A DNA stretch of 64,000 bases from Ruminococcaceae bacterium OttesenSCG-928-A16 (GTDB lineage: Bacteria > Bacillota > Clostridia > Oscillospirales > Ruminococcaceae). The notes under the pieces were generated by a model. That model was not told where the DNA came from, did no database searches, and saw nothing but the letters and a program-made list of their open reading frames with translations. The translations under genes were made by a program, and so were the position numbers. Position 1 is the first letter of the stretch. Every line of letters begins with the position of its first letter. The stretch is taken from assembly GCA_030267215.1 (NCBI GenBank), contig JAJDJP010000003.1:23512-87511 (forward strand), read 5' to 3'. Positions 21,660-30,497 of the stretch are shown piece after piece.

Positions 21660-21827
21660 GTGGTTAGCAAAGGCTAACTGAAACCCTTTTTATTGTTTCT
21701 GCTTTGTTGGCGCATAGGGCTCTCCCTCCCAGTGCGCCATACATTCTGTTTAAGGAATCCTCCCGTTTCTTGAACAAACAAGGTAAACCGGGCATGCCTG
21801 TGGCAAGGCGTGCCCGGTTTGTTTTGT
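21660..21827 (+). ncRNA. Candidate small RNA (about 170 nt) with C-rich motifs; family not recognised
   Basis: Bounded by the promoter above and the terminator AAACCGGGCA-16 nt-TGCCCGGTTT + GTTTTGTT (21785..21827). No SD-led ORF. CUCCCUCCC lies in the loop of the GGCGCA/TGCGCC hairpin, with a second UCCUCCC at 21758..21764. Confidence 0.45.
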
Positions 21828-21857
21828 TGTTTGCTATAGCTGGTGTTTTTAGCAACT

Positions 21858-22715
21858 TTACTTATTGCGCACCATTACGTTTTGCCCCCCGCCAGGAATT
21901 TGGTCGCTGCGGGTTTCAAATTCGCCGGTGGCATCTAGCAGTTTGTGAAGTTTACTAAACCCGTAGTTGCGGGTGTCAAAATCTACATACAAGCGGCCCA
22001 AAATGTGCCCCACCTGCGCCAAAGACATATACCCCTCTTCGTTTGAGTCATGCTCAATTACATCGTGTATTTTGGCCACTAGCTCGTTTAGGGGTAAAAA
22101 AGCAGCGGGTACTTCGGTGGGTTCTTCGGCTATGGGGGTGGGCTCTAACACAGCAGGTGCGGTGGTTTTGGTGGCCTTGCCGGCTTTGGCGGGTTTGGTG
22201 GCCGCTTTTTTGGCACGGGCGGCTTTTTCGGGCTCGTTTGCTTTTTGGGTGGCGGCAACGCTTGCTTTGTTTTTGGCGTTGAACAATACGTCCAGATACC
22301 GAAAAACATCGCAGGCGGCTTTAAAGGCCATGGGGGTTTTGCTTTCGCCCATGCCAATTACCGACATCCGGCTTTCGCGCAAGCGAGAGGCAAGGCGGGT
22401 AAAGTCAGAATCGGACGAAACAAGGCAAAAGCCATCGCAGTTTTTGGTGTATAAAATATCCATGGCGTCAATAATCATGGCAGAGTCGCTAGCATTTTTG
22501 CCCTGGGTGTAGCTAAATTGCTGGATAGGGGTAAGGTTATTTTCCAGCAAGGTTTTTTTCCAGCTGGCCATGTCGGTGCTGGTCCAGTCTCCATAAATTC
22601 GTTTGTAGGCGGGGGTACCATATAGGCTTAGTTCATCAAAAATAACCTGTATGTATTTGGGCGAGATATTCTCGGCGTCTATTAACAAGGCTATAATTTT
22701 TCCATTATCTTCCAT
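21858..22715 (-). CDS. NYN (LabA-like) nuclease domain protein with a C-terminal OST-HTH/LOTUS domain
   Basis: N-terminal LIDAENISPKY...YGDW and SSDSDF (NYN/DUF88) motifs, a Lys/Ala-rich linker, and a C-terminal LOTUS-like segment (GYMSLAQVGHIL...FGFSKLHKLL). Confidence 0.8.
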   Translation of the reverse strand: MEDNGKIIALLIDAENISPKYIQVIFDELSLYGTPAYKRIYGDWTSTDMASWKKTLLENNLTPIQQFSYTQGKNASDSAMIIDAMDILYTKNCDGFCLVSSDSDFTRLASRLRESRMSVIGMGESKTPMAFKAACDVFRYLDVLFNAKNKASVAATQKANEPEKAARAKKAATKPAKAGKATKTTAPAVLEPTPIAEEPTEVPAAFLPLNELVAKIHDVIEHDSNEEGYMSLAQVGHILGRLYVDFDTRNYGFSKLHKLLDATGEFETRSDQIPGGGQNVMVRNK

Positions 22716-23063
22716 GGGGTGGTCCTTTCTGCCGCAAGCGTGTGGGTGTTATGCAAAAAGCAAATTTTGCACCAACCAGTTTGCCGGTGCTGGGCAGTGC
22801 CCAGTAATATTACCCTTTATTGTACCATATGTTGCCTAATTGTTGCAGTGTTTTATTGTGGGTGGTATAATAACACCGCTACAGCACATGATATAGTGAA
22901 TTAAATAAAAAATGGCACTATCATTTTTAATAAGCAGGCAAAGCGTGCAATTTGCTATGAACGGTGTTAACACACGCCTGTTGGCGTGTGCCGCGGGCAA
23001 AAAACCGTGGTTTTAAAAATTGCTTGGAACAATTTTTAAGTTAACTGAGTATAGGAGGCCCCC

Positions 23064-23621
23064 ATGCAACCCGAAAATAAAGCCCCAAGCAGCAGCTTAA
23101 AAAAAGAACTGATAGATTGGCTAATAGCCATTGTTGTGGCTGTTATTGTGGCTGTTTTTATTACCCAAGTGGTTATTGTAAATGCCGAAGTACCGTCGGA
23201 ATCGATGGAAAATACCATTATTACAGGGGATAGGGTGCTGGGGTTGCGGCCGTCTTACTGGTTTAATGTGCCTAAAAGGGGAGACATTATTATTTTTCGT
23301 TTTCCCGATGATGAGGAAGTGCTGTTTGTAAAACGAGTGGTTGGCCTGCCGGGCGAAACGGTGGAACTGCGCGAGGGCAAGGTGTACATTAACGGCAGCA
23401 GTGTTGCGCTGGACGAACCCTATTTAAAAGAGCCACCCCGCACAAGCACTATGGAGGCCAGCGGTACCTATGTTGTGCCCGAAGGGCATTATTTTGTAAT
23501 GGGAGATAACCGCAACAATTCAAACGATTCCCGTTATTGGAACAACACCTTTGTTGCCGAGGATAAAATAATTGGCCGTGCATGGCTGCGGGTGTACCCA
23601 AACCCCGGGGTTTTGAAATAG
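23064..23621 (+). CDS. lepB: Signal peptidase I
   Basis: TM anchor, SESMENT (catalytic Ser), KRVVGLPGE (Lys) and GDNRNNSNDSRYW box. Confidence 0.92.
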   Translation: MQPENKAPSSSLKKELIDWLIAIVVAVIVAVFITQVVIVNAEVPSESMENTIITGDRVLGLRPSYWFNVPKRGDIIIFRFPDDEEVLFVKRVVGLPGETVELREGKVYINGSSVALDEPYLKEPPRTSTMEASGTYVVPEGHYFVMGDNRNNSNDSRYWNNTFVAEDKIIGRAWLRVYPNPGVLK

Positions 23622-23684
23622 TGAAGAATAAGCACGAAATTACCCAAATATAAGCCACCCAATTAAGGGTGGCTTATATTTGGG

Positions 23685-24710
23685 TTATAGGGTAATATCG
23701 CTATAATTTTCCTCAATAGGCATGGTGGCGTAGCCGTTCAGGTTCCACCCACTGGTGTGCCCGGCCTGCAATTCAAAGTAGCCCTGGGCGGCTATCATGG
23801 CGGCGTTGTCGCCACAAAAGGCAAGTTTTGGCAGGCAGAGTTCGGCGCCCAGTAAATCGGCTTGTTGTTGCACCTTTTGGCGCAGCAGGGTGTTGGCGGC
23901 AACGCCACCGGCAAGGCACAGGGTGGTAGCGCCGGTGTCACGTGCGGCGGCGGCCAGCTTGGTTGCCAAAATGTCGGCTACCTTGTGCTCAAACGAGGCC
24001 GCAAGCCCCGGGATATCCAGTGGTTCGTTTTTCATTTTAGCGTTGTTGGCCACATTTAACACGGCGGTTTTTAAGCCGGAAAAACTGACGTTATAAGGCC
24101 CCTCTACATGTGGGGTGGGCAGCTTATACGCCGTGGGGCTGCCGGTTTGTGCCGCCTTGCTAACGGCGGGGCCACCGGGGTAGCCAAGGCCCAAAGTGCG
24201 GGCCACCTTATCAAATGCTTCGCCGGCGGCATCATCTACGGTGCGGCCCAGCACAGCAAAGCTGGTGGTGCTGTTTACCTGCACAAAGTGGCAGTGCCCG
24301 CCCGAGGCAACCAAGCACAAAAATGGGGGCTGTAAACCCGGGTGGGTAAGGTAAAGCGCCGCAATATGCCCCCGCAAATGGTGCACCGGTATCAGCGGTT
24401 TTTGTGCCGCAAAGGCAAGGCCTTTGGCAAAATTAACCCCCACCAGCAAGGCACCAATAAGCCCGGGGGCATAGGTTACGGCAATGCCGGCCAGCTGTTC
24501 GGGCGCAAGGCCTGCATCATCCAGTGCCTTTTGCGCCACCATGCTAATGCTTTCTATGTGGCGGCGGCTGGCAATTTCGGGCACCACACCGCCGTACAGT
24601 GCCTGTTCCTTTACACTGCTGGCAATCACATTGGCAAGCAAATGCCGGCCATCTTCTACAATAGCGGCGGCTGTTTCATCGCAACTGGTTTCAATTCCTA
24701 AAATCTTCAT
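23685..24710 (-). CDS. tsaD: tRNA N6-adenosine threonylcarbamoyltransferase
   Basis: MKILGIETSCDETAAAIV, HHLRGHI and GGVAAN motifs. The ATG at 24710 matches the canonical N-terminus. Confidence 0.95.
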   Translation of the reverse strand: MKILGIETSCDETAAAIVEDGRHLLANVIASSVKEQALYGGVVPEIASRRHIESISMVAQKALDDAGLAPEQLAGIAVTYAPGLIGALLVGVNFAKGLAFAAQKPLIPVHHLRGHIAALYLTHPGLQPPFLCLVASGGHCHFVQVNSTTSFAVLGRTVDDAAGEAFDKVARTLGLGYPGGPAVSKAAQTGSPTAYKLPTPHVEGPYNVSFSGLKTAVLNVANNAKMKNEPLDIPGLAASFEHKVADILATKLAAAARDTGATTLCLAGGVAANTLLRQKVQQQADLLGAELCLPKLAFCGDNAAMIAAQGYFELQAGHTSGWNLNGYATMPIEENYSDITL

Positions 24711-24776
24711 ACTTGGTAAACTTCTTTCTATGGTGCAAATTGTTTGCAGCCGTGTATAGGCAAAATACACTAATCA

Positions 24777-25226
24777 TCATAAAATCTTTTGCAGCGTAAA
24801 CCCATCCTCGGTTGGGTTGGTGTACAAGGCGGGGCGGCGGGCAATTTGGGCAAACCCCAGTGTGTTATATAAGGCAAGGGCGGCGATGTTACCGGCGCGA
24901 ACCTCTAGCACAATGCCGGTAAACCCCTGTGCTGCCAGTGTGGCAAAAGCATGGTTTAACAAAGCGGCAGCCACACCTTGCCGGCGGTGCGCAGGGTATA
25001 CCGCTATTTGCAGCAAAACGGCGGTATTGTCTTCCAGCTTAAAAAAAGCAAAGCCAACCACCCCGGTTTTGCCAATGGCCACAAAACCCGCCCGGGCGGG
25101 CAGGCTTAGTTCAGCAGCAACGTCCTCCTGCCGCCAAGGGTCTGGTGCGGTGGCGGCTATTTGGGTGCAGGCAGGCAGGTGCCGCACGGTAAAGTTTTCG
25201 AAAGTTAGGGGGTGGTAGAAGGGCAT
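24777..25226 (-). CDS. rimI: GNAT acetyltransferase, RimI-like
   Basis: GNAT core (QIAVYPAHRRQGVAAALL) immediately upstream of tsaD. ATG at 25226 with GAAAGGA SD. Confidence 0.75.
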   Translation of the reverse strand: MPFYHPLTFENFTVRHLPACTQIAATAPDPWRQEDVAAELSLPARAGFVAIGKTGVVGFAFFKLEDNTAVLLQIAVYPAHRRQGVAAALLNHAFATLAAQGFTGIVLEVRAGNIAALALYNTLGFAQIARRPALYTNPTEDGFTLQKIL

Positions 25227-25240
25227 GGATAAGTCCTTTC

Positions 25241-25790
25241 TGTTTTTAGGCCATAGAAGAGTACATTGCGGCGTCATCATCAAATACGCATTTCAGTTAC
25301 ATATAAACATATACGCCTTCATGCGTATTCTCGTTTCCTTGCACTGCCTCTCTTCTATGGCCTAAACCCTGCGGTAGGCAAGCACATTGCGGCACACCAT
25401 CAAATAAGCATTTCAGTTACCTATAAACATATGCGCCTTCATGTGTATTCTCGTTTCCTTGCACTGCCTCTCTTCTATGGCCTAAGCCCTGCGGTAGGCA
25501 AGCACATTGCGGCACACCATCAAATAAGCATTTCGGTTACCTATAAATATATGCGCCTTCATGCGCATTCTCGTTTCCTTGCACTGTCTCTCTTCTACCG
25601 CCTAAACCCTGTGGTAGGCAAGCGCATTGCGGCACACCATCAAATACGCATTTCAGTTACCTATAAATATATGCGCCTTCATGCGTATTCTCGTTTCCTT
25701 GCACTGCCTCTCTTCTACCGCCTAAACCCTGCGGTAGGCAAGCGCATTACGGCACATCATCAAACACACATTGCGGCAGATAAGCAGGTT
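25241..25790. repeat. Tandem array, 120-bp unit, about 4.3 copies, each with two internal hairpins
   Basis: Unit boundaries recur every 120 bp (25261, 25381, 25501, 25621, partial unit from 25741). Copies differ at a few percent of positions, mostly transitions. A 14-bp inverted partial copy lies at the left edge (25248..25261 versus 25350..25363). Confidence 0.9.
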
Positions 25791-25828
25791 ATGCCATTAA
25801 CAAAGACAAGCAAAATTTATATAATTGC

Positions 25829-28369
25829 CTACCCCTTCGCCTCTAGCCAGTTTTTGCCGGTGTGCACATCGGCTTGCAGTGGCACGGCTAGTTTGGCGGC
25901 ATTTTCCATCTCTTCGCACAACAAGGCTTCTACTTGTTTTACCTCGTGCTCGGGGGTTTCCACAATCAGTTCGTCGTGCACCTGCAGCACAAGCTGGGCT
26001 TGTAGGTTTTCTTTGCGCAGGCGGTGGTACACGTTCACCATCGCAATTTTAATAATATCGGCGGCGGTGCCTTGTATGGGGGTGTTCATGGCAATGCGCT
26101 GGCCAAGGGCTTTAATGTTGTGGTTGCTGCTGGCAAGCTCTGGCAAGGGGCGGCGGCGGCCATACAGGGTGGCCACATAACCGTGCTCTTTGCCAAACTC
26201 AATGGTATTTTCCATATAAGTACGCACCCCGGGGAAGTTATCGAGGTAATTTTTGATAAAAGCATCGGCCTCTTTTACGCTTACGCCAATATCTTTAGAA
26301 AGGCTGAACGCCCCAATGCCGTACACAATGCCAAAGTTAACGGCCTTGGCGGCACTGCGTAGTTGCGGGGTAACCATGTTTAGTGGCAAGCCGTGCACCT
26401 TGGCAGCGGTAGCCTGGTGGATATCCAGCCCCTCGCGAAAGGTTTCCTGCATGGCGGCATCGCCCGATATATCGGCCAAAATACGCAGTTCAATTTGGCT
26501 GTAGTCGGCATCGGCCAGCAGGTAGCCTTGGGGGGCCACAAAAAACTTGCGCAGCTGGCTGCCTAGCTCGGTACGCACCGGTATGTTTTGCAGGTTTGGC
26601 TCGTTAGACGAAAGGCGGCCGGTGCGAGCCTCGGTTTGGTTAAAGGTAGAGTGAATGCGCCCGTCTTCGCCCACTACTTTCAGCAGCCCCTCTACATAGG
26701 TAGAGTTTAGCTTTTGATAGGTGCGATAGAGCAGGATAGTGTCGATAACAGGACTGTATTGCCGCAGGTTTTCCAGCGTTTCTGCATCGGTGCTCCAGCC
26801 GCTTTTGGTTTTTTTGCCATGGGGCAGGCCCATTTTTTCAAACAGGGCTTCGCTTAGCTGTTTGGGGCTGTTCAGGTTAAACTCGTACCCCACAACGTTA
26901 TACACTTCGGCCAGTTGCTTTTCCAGTTCTGCCTGCAAACTTTGCCCAAACGCACGCACGCCGTCGGCGTCAATGCCAACGCCCACCAGCTCCATCGATG
27001 CCAATACCTCGGCCAATGGTTGCTCAATTTCTACCAGTAGTTTTAGCATGTCGGATTTATTACAAAATGTATATAAATTGGTAAAAAGTCCTTCCAGTAT
27101 TGGCGCTTCGGGGTATTCTGCACAGGCAAAGCTAGGCTGAATGCCATATTCTGGCCCAAGCCGGGCGGGAGAGTAATCTCCCCCCGAAGGGTTGAGCAGG
27201 TAGGCAGCCAACTTGGCGTCGAACACAATGTTTTGCGCAGGGGTACCGGCAGCCAGCGCCAGCTTGTGCAGTTCTTTGCAATCGAAGGTATGTTTTTCGG
27301 CCTTTTCGTTTTGCAAAAGTGCCAGCAAAGCGGGGCTTTGTTGGGGGGCAAAATACACAGTTTCAGTGCCGGCGGGCACCACCAGCCATTCGTCCCCCGC
27401 GGGGGCAAGGTACAGCGTGCCGGTAAGCCCGGTGGGCAGGGGCAAAACGGTGGCGGCGGGCAGGGCAGGTGCATCACTTAAAAAAGAGATTTGTTCGCTT
27501 TCCTCCAGCCCCAACCGGTTTAAAATGGTGCTCATTTCCAAACGGGAAAGCAGCCCTGTGGCAGCGGCAATATCTACCGGGCCTTTTACATAGCTGCCCA
27601 CGGCGGTTGGCACGGGCACGTTGCAGTTAATTACGGCCAGCTTGTAGCTAAGCAGGGCATTTTCGCGGCCGTCTATCAGCTTTTGGCGCACGCCGGGTTT
27701 AATGGCGGGGTCCTCTAAATTTTGGTACACGCCCTCTACGCTGCCAAACTTTTGTATCAGCATAAAGGCGGTTTTTTCACCCACGCCGGGCACGCCGGGT
27801 ATGTTGTCCGAGGCATCGCCCATTAGGGCCTTGGTTTCTATTAGTTGTTTGGGGGTAACGCCATATTTTTCTTGTATAGCGGCCTCGTCCATGCGGGTGG
27901 TTTCGCCCCGGCCCATTTGGGTGGTGGTAAGCAGCACGGTTACGCCGGGCTGCACCAGTTGCAAGCTGTCACGGTCTCCGGTGGCAAGCAGGCATTCATC
28001 GCCCCGCTGTGCGCAGGCAGCGGCAAGGGTACCCAAAACATCATCGGCCTCAAAACCCTCTTTGCTTACCTCTACATAGCCAAGGTTTGCCAGCAGCTCT
28101 TTCAAAATAGGCATTTGGCTGGCCAGCTCTTCGGGCATGCCTTTGCGCTGTGCCTTGTAACCATCGTACATTTGGTGGCGGAAGGTGGGTGCCTTTAAGT
28201 CAAACGCAATGGCAATTTCGTCGGGCTTTTCGCTGTCTTGCAATTTCAACAAGATATTCATAAACCCAAAAATAGCGTTGGTGTACTGGCCGTTTTTGGT
28301 GGTAAGCAATTTTATGCCGTAAAAAGCACGGTTTAAAATGCTGTTGCCGTCTAAAACTAAAAGCTTCAA
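25829..28369 (-). CDS. polA: DNA polymerase I
   Basis: 846 aa. A 5'-3' exonuclease N-terminus and pol-A family motifs (DYSQIELR, RRAAKAVNFGIVYG-like, QVHDEL). A 3'-5' exonuclease-like central region is assumed from family architecture; I did not check its motifs. Confidence 0.96.
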   Translation of the reverse strand: MKLLVLDGNSILNRAFYGIKLLTTKNGQYTNAIFGFMNILLKLQDSEKPDEIAIAFDLKAPTFRHQMYDGYKAQRKGMPEELASQMPILKELLANLGYVEVSKEGFEADDVLGTLAAACAQRGDECLLATGDRDSLQLVQPGVTVLLTTTQMGRGETTRMDEAAIQEKYGVTPKQLIETKALMGDASDNIPGVPGVGEKTAFMLIQKFGSVEGVYQNLEDPAIKPGVRQKLIDGRENALLSYKLAVINCNVPVPTAVGSYVKGPVDIAAATGLLSRLEMSTILNRLGLEESEQISFLSDAPALPAATVLPLPTGLTGTLYLAPAGDEWLVVPAGTETVYFAPQQSPALLALLQNEKAEKHTFDCKELHKLALAAGTPAQNIVFDAKLAAYLLNPSGGDYSPARLGPEYGIQPSFACAEYPEAPILEGLFTNLYTFCNKSDMLKLLVEIEQPLAEVLASMELVGVGIDADGVRAFGQSLQAELEKQLAEVYNVVGYEFNLNSPKQLSEALFEKMGLPHGKKTKSGWSTDAETLENLRQYSPVIDTILLYRTYQKLNSTYVEGLLKVVGEDGRIHSTFNQTEARTGRLSSNEPNLQNIPVRTELGSQLRKFFVAPQGYLLADADYSQIELRILADISGDAAMQETFREGLDIHQATAAKVHGLPLNMVTPQLRSAAKAVNFGIVYGIGAFSLSKDIGVSVKEADAFIKNYLDNFPGVRTYMENTIEFGKEHGYVATLYGRRRPLPELASSNHNIKALGQRIAMNTPIQGTAADIIKIAMVNVYHRLRKENLQAQLVLQVHDELIVETPEHEVKQVEALLCEEMENAAKLAVPLQADVHTGKNWLEAKG

Positions 28370-28482
28370 ATAGGGCCTCCTTTAGGGCAGAAAATGAGGG
28401 GGAAAAAGAGAGAAAAGCATCAAAAGTGTCCTCAATATCATACCATAAAAAGCAAATTTATGGTAATATAATGAGGTGCCAA

Positions 28483-28655
28483 ACGCAGAGACTAATTTTA
28501 TAAAAAATTAAGCACTTATTTTCAAACAATAACATTCTGAGGGTGTCATTCTAAGGGTGTTTTTGCCCGAAGAAGCTTGAACAGGCAGGAGTGAGAAAGA
28601 TTCTTCGCTTCGTTCAGAATGACAAACGACTTTTTATGGATATTTAATTGCTGCG
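28483..28655 (-). mobile_element. MITE-like element, copy A (inverted relative to copy B; boundaries approximate)
   Basis: Shares the GTCATTCTGA...TCAGAATGAC inner inverted repeats, the internal GAAGAATCT/AGATTCTTC hairpin and degenerate outer TIRs with 30341..30497. Contains a local duplication of CATTCTGAGGG. Confidence 0.6.
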
Positions 28656-28669
28656 CGGAAGGAATGAAC

Positions 28670-29668
28670 ATGTTGCGCATTGGAACAATAGAACTGGAAA
28701 AAGGGGCGGCGCTTGCCCCCATGGCCGGCGTTAGCGATTTTACGCTGCGCAATATAAGTGCCCGCTATGGTGCCACTTTTACGGTTAGCGAAATGGTAAG
28801 CGCCAAAGCCCTTACCATGGGCGATAAAAAAAGCCTGCAATTGCTGCGCGGCCGGGGTGCTGGGGTGCCTTATGCGGTGCAGCTTTTTGGCGAAGACCCC
28901 GCCACCATGGCCCAGGCGGTGCACTGCATTGCCGATGAAGATTTTGATTTTTTGGATTTAAACATGGGTTGCCCTGCCCCTAAAATTGTGGGGCATGGGG
29001 CCGGCAGCGCCCTGCTAAAAAACCCGGTGCTAGCCGGCCAGCTTGCCAAGGCTGTGGTGCAGGCCAGCGCCCGCCCGGTAACGGCAAAAATGCGCATTGG
29101 GTGGGACGATGCCACCCTAACCGGCACCGAGGTAGCCAAGCGCTGTGAAGAGGCCGGTGTGCAGCTAATTGTGGTGCATGCCCGCACCCGGGCCCAGCAA
29201 TACACCCCCGGCGTAAATTATGCCGCTGTGGCCGAGATAAAGCAGGCGGTGTCTATTCCGGTTTTGTATAATGGCGACGTTACAGGTGCAGAAAGTGCGT
29301 TATTTGCCCTGCAGCAAACCGGCTGCGATGGCGTGATGGTAGGCCGGGCGGCCATGGGTGCCCCCTGGTTGTTTGCCGAGGTAAAAGCGGCGTTAAACGG
29401 GCAGCCCCTGCCCCCGCCGCCCACCCTGCGCCAGCGCCTTGCTGTGCTGGATGAACAAATACAGGGTATGTGCGCCGAAAAAGGCGAAAATGTAGCCATG
29501 CGGCAGGCGCGGGGTGTGGCCGCGCAATATATGCGCGGCTTGCGCGGCGCAGCCGCGCTACGGCGGCAGGCCGTAAGCCTTACCCACTACACCGATGTTG
29601 CTGACCTGATAGAAAGCGTATACCGTTACCAACAGGCGGGCGAAGAAACCGAAGACCCGGGCTGGTAA
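28670..29668 (+). CDS. dusB: tRNA-dihydrouridine synthase
   Basis: LAPMAGVSD, DLNMGCP and a TIM-barrel Dus pattern. ATG at 28670 has the best SD spacing (GGAAGG); 28664 is also possible. Confidence 0.88.
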   Translation: MLRIGTIELEKGAALAPMAGVSDFTLRNISARYGATFTVSEMVSAKALTMGDKKSLQLLRGRGAGVPYAVQLFGEDPATMAQAVHCIADEDFDFLDLNMGCPAPKIVGHGAGSALLKNPVLAGQLAKAVVQASARPVTAKMRIGWDDATLTGTEVAKRCEEAGVQLIVVHARTRAQQYTPGVNYAAVAEIKQAVSIPVLYNGDVTGAESALFALQQTGCDGVMVGRAAMGAPWLFAEVKAALNGQPLPPPPTLRQRLAVLDEQIQGMCAEKGENVAMRQARGVAAQYMRGLRGAAALRRQAVSLTHYTDVADLIESVYRYQQAGEETEDPGW

Positions 29669-29706
29669 ATAGTCGCTAGTCTTTAGTCGTCAGCCGCTAG
29701 TTAAGG

Positions 29707-30315
29707 TCAAGGGCATCCACCGGTCAATTCATCTAAATTTTGAGCATAACAGGGCAACATATTTCGCAAAAAGTAGTTGGCAGCGGGGCAGTCCATCTGT
29801 TGCAAGGCCTGCAATTGGCTGCGTTTTGCGCTGGCAAACTCGGTGTTGCCGCTGGCCTCTTCCTCCATGCATTTAATTAGTGCGCTTAACCGGTCGGCTG
29901 CTTTTAGCAACGCTTTTTCTTCTGTGGTAAGCAGGGTGCCAGTTAGGTAGGGCAGCATGGGTGCTTGCAGTTCATCTGGTAATAGGGTGGCAAGGCTGCG
30001 AGCGCTTTCTTCTTCCAGTGCTTTGTAGGCGCCACGCAATGCTTCGCTTTTGTATTTTACCGGGGTGGGTAAATCTCCGGTTAAAATTTCACTTGCATCG
30101 TGGTATAATGCGGCTACGGCCACGGTTTCGGGGCGCAGGTTGGTTTGGCCGCAATAGGTTTGCCCAATAATGGCCAGCAAATGGCTTAGCATGGCAACCT
30201 CGGTGGTGTGTTCGCTCAGGGTTTCGGTGCGGCTGCTGCGCATTAGCCCCCAGCGGGTAATATACTTCATGCGCGAAAGCAGAGCCGAAAAAGGGTAGCT
30301 ACAGTTTTTATCCAT
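29707..30315 (-). CDS. HD-domain 5'-deoxynucleotidase, YfbR-like
   Basis: MKYITRWG, SEHT and YHDASE (HD) motifs. Confidence 0.8.
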   Translation of the reverse strand: MDKNCSYPFSALLSRMKYITRWGLMRSSRTETLSEHTTEVAMLSHLLAIIGQTYCGQTNLRPETVAVAALYHDASEILTGDLPTPVKYKSEALRGAYKALEEESARSLATLLPDELQAPMLPYLTGTLLTTEEKALLKAADRLSALIKCMEEEASGNTEFASAKRSQLQALQQMDCPAANYFLRNMLPCYAQNLDELTGGCP

Positions 30316-30340
30316 GGTTTAACATCCTTGTTTTATACTT

Positions 30341-30497
30341 ACGCAAATCAATTTTCATAAAAATCACTTGTCATTCTGAACGGAGTGAAGAATCTTTCTT
30401 TTGAAATTGACATTATTAAGATTCTTCGGGCAAAAAAACGCCCTCAGAATGACATCGCTTAAAAATGAATGCTTGATTTTATGAAAATTTATTTGCG
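30341..30497 (+). mobile_element. MITE, copy B: 157 bp, 25-bp TIRs, 11-bp target-site duplication
   Basis: Left TIR ACGCAAATCAATTTTCATAAAATCA versus the reverse complement of the right TIR ACGCAAATAAATTTTCATAAAATCA (24/25). Flanked by the direct repeat GTTTTATACTT at 30330..30340 and 30498..30508. Confidence 0.8.

Noticed and set aside
21704-21958. 84-aa plus-strand ORF across the candidate sRNA and the terminator.
   Set aside because: It has no SD, reads through a strong terminator hairpin and overlaps the 3' end of the NYN gene on the opposite strand.
21858-22715. NYN protein as part of a toxin-antitoxin or phage-defence module.
   Set aside because: It is monocistronic between terminators, with no small partner ORF, ATPase, methylase or mobile-element context.
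25241-25790. Possible CRISPR array.
   Set aside because: The units are contiguous 120-bp repeats with no unique spacers. The repeat length is far outside the CRISPR range and no cas genes are present.
25266-26180. 304-aa plus-strand ORF with a 40-aa periodic repeat (HHQISISVTYKHMRLH...).
   Set aside because: It is an artefact of the 120-bp (40-codon) tandem array happening to be stop-free in one frame. It has no SD, its second half runs antisense through the polA 3' end, and its composition is not protein-like.
28546-28752. 68-aa minus-strand ORF containing FVILNEAKNLS.
   Set aside because: It lies inside MITE copy A and overlaps the dusB start. It looks like a spurious translation of this repeat family.
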